In this document: positions 1-10,100 of the stretch, piece after piece
Numbering within the stretch: position 1 is the first letter of the stretch
Layout: each line of letters opens with the position of its first letter
Assembly: GCA_963666365.2 (NCBI GenBank)
Contig: CAXXNF010000001.1
Coordinates: 736,001-800,000 of the forward strand
DNA: 64,000 nucleotides
Source: Syntrophales bacterium
Lineage (GTDB): Bacteria > Desulfobacterota > Syntrophia > Syntrophales > UBA2210
Direction of reading: 5' to 3'
Notes under the pieces: generated by a model
Databases searched by the model: none
What the model was told of the DNA's origin: nothing
Seen by the model: the letters and a program-made list of their open reading frames with translations, nothing else
Made by a program: the position numbers and the translations under genes

Positions 1-1138
1 TGCCCCGGCCATATTTGCGCTTGTTCATCTCCCGGTCTTTTCTGAGCGCCTCGTAGAAGCGGGGATCTTGGACCAAGTTCCCCTTGCCTTCCGGAATGTC
101 GTACGTCGCCAACAGGCAATCGTCGTGGAATATCCGCATGCATCTGTCCTTGACCCGTAAAATCAGATGCTTCCCCACCACGGTATGGGGCACTACATAA
201 CTGTTGCCTTCGAAACGGACCAGGCAGTCCTTGCTGACCTTGCGGTACACGCGGTACGACGTATCGAAAGGGCGGGAAGGCAACGCCTGTAAATGAGGAA
301 GTTCGCGGGCGAAACGGCACGCTACGACTTCATGGGTGGTGCCGTGCACACGCTCGTCTTTCATTGCAATCCATTGCTGAAGATCTCGATTGGCCGTTGT
401 GAGACACACATATCCGTACCCCCTCCAGAACCCTTCACGGATGAAATGGTAGGGCCGCTCGACTTTTCCCTTCACCCAGGCGGCATAGGCGGGGGCAACC
501 GCCGGTTTGAACCCATTATGCAGCGCAAAGGCCATCAGCGTGTCGTTGAATCGATCTTTGCCGGCCAGTTTCCCGATGAACACGTTTCTCATGCGATCGT
601 AAAGTATCTCCGCCGGGATGCCCCCGAAATGTTCGAAGGCGCGAATATGACAATCGAGAAAGGTGGGCAGGTCGCATCGCTCAATGAATTCGCCATACAG
701 TTTTCTGGAGTATCCCAGAATCATTGAAAACAGATAGAGCTTCTTGACGCTCCCGTCGGCATTGGCAACCTGGAATTCACCAAAATCCACCTGCGCCTGA
801 AAGCCCGGCTCCGTCTCAAACCGCATATAGGCCACGCGCTGTTGTTCCGCTTTGAGCTGATGCACCTGCCTTTTCACGATTTCATAACTTCCGGTAAATC
901 CCATTGCACGGAGCCGATCATAGAGCAGGGTGGCCCTGTACTCGCCGTCTTCCTCCAACCATGCCGCAATATTGTCCCTATAGGGATCTACGAGACTCTT
1001 GCGCTTCGCCTTCTCTCTCGTAACTCCCTGATCCCCTTGATTCTCTATATACTTCTTCACCGTGTTCCTGCTGATCCCCAGCTTCCGTGAAATGTGCCTC
1101 TGGCTCAGTCCTCTTCTCTGTAATAACAATATGTCCAA
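1..1138 (-). CDS. istA: IS21-family transposase IstA (3' end outside the window; absent from the ORF track)
   Basis: Manual translation from TTG at 1138 (AAGGAG 6 nt upstream) gives an HTH (GLSQRHISRKLGISRNTVKKY), RFETEPGFQAQVDFG, FGGIPAEILYDRM and KGKVERP, all IstA/rve motifs. Confidence 0.92.
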   Translation of the reverse strand, partial: MDILLLQRRGLSQRHISRKLGISRNTVKKYIENQGDQGVTREKAKRKSLVDPYRDNIAAWLEEDGEYRATLLYDRLRAMGFTGSYEIVKRQVHQLKAEQQRVAYMRFETEPGFQAQVDFGEFQVANADGSVKKLYLFSMILGYSRKLYGEFIERCDLPTFLDCHIRAFEHFGGIPAEILYDRMRNVFIGKLAGKDRFNDTLMAFALHNGFKPAVAPAYAAWVKGKVERPYHFIREGFWRGYGYVCLTTANRDLQQWIAMKDERVHGTTHEVVACRFARELPHLQALPSRPFDTSYRVYRKVSKDCLVRFEGNSYVVPHTVVGKHLILRVKDRCMRIFHDDCLLATYDIPEGKGNLVQDPRFYEALRKDREMNKRKYGRG

Positions 1139-1282
1139 AACGGTCTCCTTTTTTTCAAATCAGCCACCTCGATTACTCTGAGATAAATAACCATACTTTA
1201 CTCATTCATCTCATTAACTCCACCTCTAAGTGGCTCACTTTTAAACGACCATTTTTGGCTCAGTTTATCACGACCATGAACA
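1..1282 (-). mobile_element. IS21-family insertion sequence, left end plus 5' part of istA; runs off the window
   Basis: On the minus strand the element begins TGTTCATGGTCGTGATAAACTGAGCCAAAAATGGTCGTTTAAAAGTGAGCCA. This is a TG terminus with a tandemly repeated TGGTCG..AAA.TGAGCCA motif, typical of IS21 ends, directly upstream of istA. Confidence 0.85.
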
Positions 1283-1283
1283 G

Positions 1284-1631
1284 CACGATGATCTCGAAGC
1301 AGCGCTGAGAGAAGCGGGAAGCAAAAAAGCGCGGAAGGATGTGAAGCGCCGTCAGGATTTATCCGAGAGGTCGTTTGCCTGGTCAACGAGATATGGGTAT
1401 AAGAGAGCGAGATGGCGAAATTTGTGGCGTATGGAGATTCAAGACTTTCTTATTGCCGCCGTCCAGAATATTGCTATCCTGATGCGGCAGTCCACGGGAA
1501 AGATGTCAAAGAGCAATGTTCGGACAGGAGAAATGCATCGGGACGATGCAAAATATTTACAAATAGTTGTTATTATTAATATATTTAAAGTCTTTTTCGG
1601 TATCGGTCATGTTTCGCCGAGCCCTGATTGA
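1284..1631 (+). pseudogene. C-terminal fragment of an IS1182-family transposase, cut by the IS21 insertion
   Basis: The frame is open from the IS21 boundary: HDDLEAALREAGSKKARKDVKRRQDLSERSFA..YGYKRARWRNLWRMEIQDFLIAAVQNI, resembling the DDE_Tnp_1_6 C-terminus. Confidence 0.7.
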
Positions 1632-1666
1632 CGGACGTGCAACAATTTCTCCTGGACTCTTCTATA

Positions 1667-3378
1667 CCTAAAATCCCGTTCAAAATATAACTATGCCGGT
1701 GGGCTGACCTCAAAACTTTCCATGATCAACCGTTGAGGTTTTGTTATTTCTGTAAGCATATGACCGTACTTGCCGGAAAAGCGGATCTGGGTAAGGGTTT
1801 CCATCTCCATAAGCAACTCCCGCACGGTGAGCGTTTCCGTCAGTTTCGTTTCCCTCATTTTCTTGCGCAGGGCACTCATGAGAATGAGCGCGATAAACTG
1901 AACGAAGAGCCGACCGTCCATGGCCGGGGAGCTATGAATGCGAAGACGTTTCATGTCCAGGTGGTTTTTCAGGTCATCAAAACATTTTTCTACGGCATCC
2001 TTGTTACGATACACCATAAGCGCCTGAATGGGATCCTTGATATCGTTGGTCAGCAGCGCATAAAACCCGGCATACCGGTTGCGGTGGTTCTCGATGGCTT
2101 CATGGTTGAAAAGCACGCGTCGGCCGCGCACCGGGGTCTCCTTGACGTTGAAAAATGTGGCGTAGGCTTCTTCATGGCCGCTGATGACCAGTCCTTTCTC
2201 CAGCTCTTCCTTGTAGTCCAAGAGTTCTTCGGTGAACCCGTCGGCGTCCGACGCCGCGGCATGGGCGTTGTAGTAGATGTGAAGATAGCAGCGTGTGCGC
2301 TCTTCTCCCCAGGGATAACGCCTGGTGTGCACATAGAGCGTCTCGCCGTCGATCTTGCGGTACCCCTCGGGATTTTGAATGTGCTGGCGGGCCTCGTCAA
2401 TCGCATTGCGGACCCAGGTGGGACGGCCGGGAACGGCCAGGATGAACTTGTCTTTGGCATCAAGCAGGTCGTCAACATTCTTTTTGCTGTAGAACCCCCG
2501 GTCCAGGACAAGATGCAGTTTCGGCGCTTCGAGATATCCGAAGATCTCCAGAAAGTAATGCAGGGTGGCTACGTCGCTTACGTTGCCGGGCAATCGATTG
2601 AAATAGAGGGGCACCTGGCTTTTCTGACCGAAGAGCAGGGCCAGATTGATCTGTTTCAGCTTCTCGCCGTCCCGGTTGTAGCCATATTTGAGATACTCGT
2701 TGAGGGTCCCATAGGAGGAAACGGAGGTAATATCGTAGCAGAGGTAGTCGTGCTCTGCCATCTTCCGGCCCCATTCCTTGAAGAAGGTCTTCTGCCCGTC
2801 AGCGCTCAGGCTTTTCAGAATGTCACTGATGCGCTGGCTGCTGAGGGATCTTCCGTAGGGATGATCATGGTTCTTGCTCCAGGCTTCACAGTAACTCAAG
2901 GGGCCTCCCCGCACGGCGATGTAGTAGGCCATGCACAAAATCTGCCGCCAGGTCTCGGGGAAGGCCTTCCTGAGCACCCTGTCCAGCGCCAGCTCGTCCA
3001 CCACGCGGTCAAGGATCACCGCTGGTCCCACCACCTTCGTGTCGGCTGTGACGGCGGGATCACGGACCGCAGCTTGCTCGGGAGTCAGCCGCTTCGAGGG
3101 AATGAACTCCCCCGTGTCTGGATCGAGCTTACCGATGCATACCTGTCTGTTGCGGGGTTGTTTCTTTTCCTTGTCCCATGCGGACGTGGCTTCATAAACG
3201 TAAGTGACACCAGTGTTCTTGTTCTTGTGGTAGGCACGATATCCCATGGAACACCTCCCTGATACGTAGTTACAAATATAACTACAATTCGGGGGTATTT
3301 GCAAGGAAAAAATTGCCTTAGGCTCCATTTTTATTGAATTTATTTGCTCCATAGTTATAATCTGGACGGGATTTTAGG
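1667..3378 (-). mobile_element. Complete IS1634-family insertion sequence
   Basis: 29-bp terminal inverted repeats (CCTAAAATCCCGTTCAAAATATAACTATG at 1667-1695 vs reverse complement of 3350-3378; 26/29 identical) with direct repeat TTCTATA at 1660-1666 and 3379-3385. Confidence 0.9.
1691..3247 (-). CDS. IS1634-family DDE transposase
   Basis: Motifs YDITSVSSY, YGYNRDG, LVLDRGFYS and YRNKDAVEKCFDDLKN. Likely start is ATG 3247 (MGYRAY) behind GGAGG. The stop lies within the inverted repeat. Confidence 0.9.
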   Translation of the reverse strand: MGYRAYHKNKNTGVTYVYEATSAWDKEKKQPRNRQVCIGKLDPDTGEFIPSKRLTPEQAAVRDPAVTADTKVVGPAVILDRVVDELALDRVLRKAFPETWRQILCMAYYIAVRGGPLSYCEAWSKNHDHPYGRSLSSQRISDILKSLSADGQKTFFKEWGRKMAEHDYLCYDITSVSSYGTLNEYLKYGYNRDGEKLKQINLALLFGQKSQVPLYFNRLPGNVSDVATLHYFLEIFGYLEAPKLHLVLDRGFYSKKNVDDLLDAKDKFILAVPGRPTWVRNAIDEARQHIQNPEGYRKIDGETLYVHTRRYPWGEERTRCYLHIYYNAHAAASDADGFTEELLDYKEELEKGLVISGHEEAYATFFNVKETPVRGRRVLFNHEAIENHRNRYAGFYALLTNDIKDPIQALMVYRNKDAVEKCFDDLKNHLDMKRLRIHSSPAMDGRLFVQFIALILMSALRKKMRETKLTETLTVRELLMEMETLTQIRFSGKYGHMLTEITKPQRLIMESFEVSPPA

Positions 3379-3385
3379 TTCTATA

Positions 3386-3435
3386 GGGATATGGGAGTGT
3401 CTGTATTTTTAAAAAAATCATTTGGGCAACAGGCC
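3386..3435 (+). mobile_element. Probable right end of the interrupted IS1182-like element
   Basis: Sequence resumes after the IS1634 target duplication and ends TTTGGGCAACAGGCC, an IS1182-like terminus. The partner end is outside the window. Confidence 0.4.
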
Positions 3436-3459
3436 GTCAACGACTGACCCCATTTTCCC

Positions 3460-4173
3460 CTATTCTTTTTTGTTGTCCGACCTCGTTTTTTCTTTAGCAG
3501 TTATTCCGTTTTTAATCCTGCCTTTACGCGTAAATACTTGATTTAATAATTCCTGTACTCTTTTACGATCTTCATTATTATATTCTATTTTTATTCCATC
3601 AGCCGCTATAACAGCAGTTAATTCATTACTAATAAATCTATACGGTATATTTTCTTTATTCATTAACTCTAAAAAATAATCTTTATCATCAGATAATTGG
3701 AAACTTATTGAAGGATTTTCATTTTTAAAACCAATCTTTTTATTAACTTGGCTAATAATTTCTTGCACTTTATCATCGTACTTATATTCCCACGTAACGT
3801 AATCATGCCCCTGTGCATCTAATTTCTTAATTTTATAGGGTATATTAGCATTGTCAAGAAGTCGTAAAAACAATGCCTGGTGCTCTGGGATATAGTAGGA
3901 AGTATTTGGTAGTTTTTGAGAATGCAACTGCTCTACCTTTTTAATAATTCTAAATACCTCTACTTCATCCTTATACTTATAAAACAAATATCCATCCTCA
4001 CTTACTCGATGGGCAATATTACTATTTGAAAGTTCCTCAATAATATCCTTCTGAATCTCATTTGGGCTGTATTTCACTGCCCTATTCAATTGCTCATCTG
4101 AAGTATTGAAGTAAATTATTAATACTAAAACCATGCAGATGAAAGTAAGAACAATAATTACTTTCCTTTTCAT
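3460..4173 (-). CDS. Membrane-anchored hypothetical protein with three internal repeats; candidate RHS immunity protein
   Basis: AT-rich 237-aa ORF whose ATG abuts the RHS stop (TAAATG). N-terminal basic plus hydrophobic anchor MKRKVIIVLTFICMVLVLIIYF. Confidence 0.75.
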   Translation of the reverse strand: MKRKVIIVLTFICMVLVLIIYFNTSDEQLNRAVKYSPNEIQKDIIEELSNSNIAHRVSEDGYLFYKYKDEVEVFRIIKKVEQLHSQKLPNTSYYIPEHQALFLRLLDNANIPYKIKKLDAQGHDYVTWEYKYDDKVQEIISQVNKKIGFKNENPSISFQLSDDKDYFLELMNKENIPYRFISNELTAVIAADGIKIEYNNEDRKRVQELLNQVFTRKGRIKNGITAKEKTRSDNKKE

Positions 4174-7100
4174 TTAATTATAATCCCTTCTATCTTGATA
4201 AATAGCAGGCAGTGGAAATTGGATTAGGTGCCTTACTGTTGAATCTAATTCATTTAGAGGAACTGTAAGTTGGTAATCTTCTATCGGTCCATACCAAACG
4301 AATTGATCTCTATGATACGGATTTTGATTCACATTCACTGACCAGTACTCAGTTCCTATCCTTATGTCACTTTTTATCCTCAGTCGTTGAAGTGTTCCCA
4401 AATCGTATTTGTAATAAGAATCATACACAGCAAATTGAGGATCGATATATATTGCTCTTTCAATGCTACCAGGTAATGCTACTGTTCTCTTGCCTGGCAA
4501 GCATAGAATATCTAAAATATTTTTCACAAATGCTAGTACTCCATCTGGCTCAAAATTGACACGGATACGGTACACTCCCGTCTCTAAATTTTCAGCATGA
4601 GGCCCATCATAAATAACATTATCATTTTTAATAATCTCGATGTGTTTATCAATTTGCAATTTATCAATTTGTAAGTTTAACCCACTATCAAAAACCATCG
4701 TATCATCTTGTTTTTCTTGATACTCATCATTCCAATATAAGGACTGATATTCGTTTACCGCCGTCAACCCCGCCGGATCCAGGTACCTCAACGGATTATT
4801 CCTCACGTAGGCATAAAGGTTCAACCCGTCCATGTAGCCTGCCGGGTCGCGCTGCATAAAGCGGCCCAGTTTTGCCGAGTACATGCGGTTCCGGTAGTAC
4901 CAGAGTCCTGATTCGCCATCCCAACGCCTGCCTGTGTAGCCGTAGGGATTATCGACTGTACTTTCACTGATCGTCACTCCCTGGCCATCAAGGATCGTCA
5001 TCAGGCCGAAGGCGGTATATTTGTAAGTCTCGACGCTGTTCCCGTTCTCATCAATCAGGGCCGTCACGCTGTACTGCCGGTCTTTAAGGTAGTAGTAACG
5101 GTTCCCTGCATTGTCTTCCATCATGATCGGGTCGTCGATGTAGATGCCATAAACAAAGGACCGCTGGAATTGGCCATCCTCGTATTCCTCGATCACCTGG
5201 CCGCCGTTGTAAATGTAGGCGGTCGTTTGACCCGCATATGATTTAGTTACGCGCCGGTTCAGGGCATCGTACCTGTATGTCGCAATGGCGATGCCATCCG
5301 AGGTTTTGACCGCAACCAGCCGATTTGCCCAGTCGTACTCGTAGGTCTTAGCGCCATCTGAAGTCATGTTGCCCCTTGCGTCATAGCCCGGGGTCATGCC
5401 CGTAACATTTGAATATTCGTTCACCTCGTTCGGAACCCGCTCTTCCGGACTGCCGTTCTGATTCGTATAGGTCCAGTTTCCCACGGGATCATGCTGCCAT
5501 TGCACGGTATCTGCAGTTCCTTTCTGTTCAAATGTCAGACGGTTCAGATCGTCGTAGCCGTATTGTTTTTCGTATTGTTCCGTCGCAAGGGTGGGCGTCG
5601 TGGAGATCGCCCGTTCAATAGCTTCTGAAAATATGTTGCCCATGCCGTCATAGACTGTTTCCATACTGTAAAGGGTAGTGTTGTTAATGTCCGCATAGAT
5701 CCGATTCCCTTCCATGCCCCGGTCATTATAGGAAAGACTCTCTTCTATCCCGTTGCCCAATGTCATGGCGGCAACGCGGCCGTTCAGGTTGTAGGCAAAG
5801 CCAGCGATATTGTTTTGGGATTGGTCCTTGATCGAATCGGGAAGGTTGAGGCCGTTGTATGTGCGGTGAACCACAAATCCTCCCGCATGGGGGTATGCAA
5901 GGTCTTCCAGGTTCCCGTTTGCATCATAAAATTTTTCAATCCGTTTCCCGTCCTGCACCTCGGCCGTCACTTGATTGAATGCATTATACTCAAATTCCAC
6001 TGAGTGAGTTCCATTGCCTTGATTATAATCCTCTGCCAGGGTCATTCTGGAAAGCGAGTCATACTCAAAATGCCGGGCTTCCTGATTATTCACATATACA
6101 TCCGCAAGACGATTCATACCGTCATACGATTTGGCGACGGCGCTCCCGTCGGGACGGGTTTCCTGAACCATGTTGCCTGCCTCGTCATAATCATAGGTTG
6201 TCACATCGCCTGCCGCATCTTCCACGCCCACGGGACGGTTCATGGCGTCGCAATAGGTGCGTGTCTCTTTACCGCGGGGATCGATCACTGATATCAAATT
6301 ACCGTTCGCATCGTAGCGCCATGCCGTTGTGTGTTCCAATGCATCGACGGTCCTGATACGGCGCTTGGCGCCGTCGTAAAAATGTTTTGTCACTCCACCC
6401 TCTTGATCCGTCTCCATAACCAGGTTGCCAACCAAATCGTATGCGTAATTAATGCAATTGCCCGCGGGATCACATTCGGCAGTCTTTCGGCCTAGTGCAT
6501 CGTATTCGAATAGCCACTCTCGCCCTTCGGCGTCTTTTCGCTTTTTTAGCAGATTGCGTGAATCATATTCGAAGGACTCCTCTGCTATTTTTGTATCATC
6601 ACTCTCGTATACTTCGATTTTCGTCTTATTTCCGTTTTTGTCATAATGATAATAAATATAATTTTGTTTGGGTTTGATTATTTTTTTAAGCCTGCCTAAC
6701 GGATCATACTGGTATTGATAGGTCCGAGCGCCGGTGACGCCATAGTCGAGAGTCTTGGCAACAGGACGGTTCAGGGTATCATATTCATAGTGCGTTACGA
6801 TAGGAATGTCGCCGCTCCCATCCTTCAAGGTTCGTATTTCATCGGTCAGGTTGCCGTTGGCATCGTAGAGATAGCTGGTGGTGGCGCCTTCCGCATCCGT
6901 AATGCTTGTCTTCCGGTTGGCCGCATCATAGGTGCAAATCGTCGTATTGCCCCTTTTATCTTCTTTCGCCACGAGGTTTCCGTTCCCGTCACAACTATAG
7001 AAGATGGAGTTCTGGTAAGGATCCATCTCCTCGATGAGCCGGTTCATCCCGTCATAGAAGTATCGGAATACGTTGCCGTTTTTATCTGTTTTTCTGATCA

Positions 7101-10100
7101 GGTTGCCAGCTTCGTCGTAGTCGAAGTATTCGCTGCTTCCGAGGGAATCGATCTTTTCGATGACCTGTGCCCCTGAAACGATGTCCCGGGCCGTATCGTA
7201 GACGTTTTCCATAACGGCGCCGTCGGCCGTGACTGTTCTCAGAAGTTTACGGTTTATATCATACTCGAAAGTCGTCTCATTGCCCAACGCATCGATCACC
7301 GCCGTTTTCTGATTGTAGTTGTCATACTCGTAGGTTGTCGTGAACCCGGCCGGATCTGTTTTGCTTATCAGATTGCCATACTCATCGTAAGTGAAGTATG
7401 TCACTTTTCCGTTCTTGTCACTGTAGTAGTAAATATTTCCGGAAGAGTTGAACGCTTTATATGTCGAGGTGTACTCATATCCGTAATCGATATAGTAATT
7501 ATTGCCGTATGAATCGTAGGAAAGAGTCGTTATGTTGCCGAGCGCATCGGTTATTGTCGTCGGACTTCCTTTGTCATTGTAGGCAAGCGATGTGGTGATG
7601 AGTTTCGGATCGGTAACGGAAATTGGCTTGTTGATCGTGGTGTCGTATACATAGGTCCAGGCTTCCCCCAGTGCATTGGTTTTTGAAGTCATGTTCCGGT
7701 TTGCATCGTACGTAAAGACGGTGGTATTTCCGTTCGCATCGGTATGGGAGATAACATTGTGGTTGTCGTCATAGTCGCTGCACTCGATCGTCCCGTTTTC
7801 ATTGGTCACTCGGATCACGTCATGCGAGTCATTCCAGAAAATCTTACGGTAATAGCCCTTTTCGTTCCAGGTCTCGGCATAGCGGTTGAATCGGCTGTAC
7901 TGGAAGTTGAAGGTATCTCCTTTGGCGTTGGTGTGATAGGCGACCGTATCGTTCTTGTAGTATCCGATTTCCAGATAGTCCCCTTTGGGGAGGATGTACC
8001 TGCGCATGTTGTGGTTGTTCGACGCGGTTTCCTCATTCTTTAGATACTGATACTCGGTGGTGTTTTCTTCCAGATCAACAAAAAACCGTAGATCGTCGCC
8101 ATTACCGTAGGCATCCACGTTATAGTAGTAATAACAAGATCGCCCCGTGAAATCGGTCACGCATTCAATCTTTCCCCGAGGATTGTAGGCAAAGGTCAAT
8201 GTGCGGTTAAGAGAATCCTTTATTGCCGATAACCGATCCGGATGCGCCGCATTGTTATATTCAAAAGACAGCGAATTGCCATAGGAATCTTCCTTCTTCA
8301 CCAACAACCCATCGACGCTGAACCGATACTTAATCATTGATTTAAAGGCGATCTCAAAGGTACTGTCGGCATTTTTTACGAGCCTGAAGGTAGTGCCGGC
8401 CGGATAGGTATAGCTTCCATCTATAGCCACGGTGCAATAATGGGGTGCAAGATCCTCATCAAGATACACGACATCGCCATTATCCAGCAGAATCAACTTA
8501 TCCGCATGATTCCAGGCCCACCCGTAACCAAATGGTCCATTGTAGATGAGCTTGCTCATATATTTTCTTTTCACGGAGAGATCAAAACCACGGGATTTAA
8601 TTTGTATGTCTGGCTGCTCTTCCTGGTAGAATTCGCCGGTAACGAGATCGACGGGATCGCCCCAGGGCGACTGCAGGGCTTCCACATTTTGATTTTCCAT
8701 ATCCATTTTCGCAATGTTTGTGCAATCCTCAATCCCGTGTATATTCAGCATATTTTCATACAGATCTAAAATTTCCATATCATTATAAAAGATGCCTTCG
8801 CCATTGACAATTTCAACGGGTTCAGCCTCATAGCTTGAATCATAAAAATAATCATTTCCTAATAGATTGGTATAATCGGGGAAATACAAATCATTCCCGG
8901 CCCCTCCGCCGTTATCGCCGCCAAAATTATAAGAATCGTAATCGGGTCCGTTGCTTATAAAAAGATACCTGTCAATCCCGTTGCAGGAGACAGTCTGCAC
9001 GGGAGTCGTCACTGTGGCCCCTCTTTGCAGTTCCGAAGTTATTGCACCAACGGCCTCTAATTCTGCTAAGGTACGCGTACCATTTTCGTCATAATCATAA
9101 AAATGCGGGATCGAATTCACCTGATTCACATCCGTCAGCTCGACGACCTGAATCCCCTGCTCCCGGGCAAGCATGAGTCCCTTTACCGTGCTCAGGCTCG
9201 GAGTGTCCTGCCAATCCTCAAAAATACGCGCTTCATTATAAGAGGAAGGATACATGACGAGATCACGAAAAAAACGATTGAGAGGATCGTCCCAACAAAT
9301 CTTTTTATAATCCATTATCTTTATCATCTTTATCGGCCATCCGGTGTTTACGTCAGGGATTTCGGTTAATTCAGCCTTATAAAAATTCCCAAACGATTGG
9401 ACATCTATATTCCACCGGGGGTGTATAAAAAATTTGGACTCGTCATCGAAAGAAAATGAACCGGGGGACACATAGATCATGGTTGGGAAAAAAGACCAGG
9501 AAAAGCCTCCATGGAGCAATCCGGTCGCTTTCACGACCGCTTCCCGATGCCGCAGGAGGTATGTCTCCGCCAAAATCGCCCCGGCGCGCCCCAAAAATGC
9601 TTCCCGCATACTCCCCAGTAATGTACCGGAGGCAGACGCTTGAAGAGAGGAAACGGTTTCAAGACCTTGTTTTAATTTTGTGACAGTTTTTTCAGATGCG
9701 GCGAGCGGATCGAAGGCCAATGTCATAAAAGTTCCGGCTTTTCTTGCCGGCCTGGGACAAAATGCATTGTTATTGTGATCAGGCCAATTACAGCCGGGCA
9801 CAAAAGATTCATTGGATGAAATAGGCTGCCCGTCTGGATCCTGTTTTTCACCATCAACCATCAGAACAGGTTTGAGTTGGGCTACTGCCGCCAAATCGCC
9901 ACCACTGAAGGTCGCATGAATTCCTGAGATTCCTCCATACCATGTGATCAGATCTGCATCATTTTGAGTCGCAGGAATAAAGTCAAGGCAAAGGCGCTTC
10001 CCGGCAATTTCCGGAAGATGGAAGGTTTGTTGCACTAGAGGGTTCGTGTAACTGGTATCACTCAGGCGATATATGGAGAACGTTATGTGGACACGATCAT

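Noticed and set aside
293..1308. Plus-strand ORFs 293-727, 842-1090 and 1087-1308
   Set aside because: They are antisense shadows of the minus-strand istA, which has clear family motifs.
1733..3262. 509-aa plus-strand ORF
   Set aside because: It is antisense to the IS1634 transposase and has no recognisable motifs.
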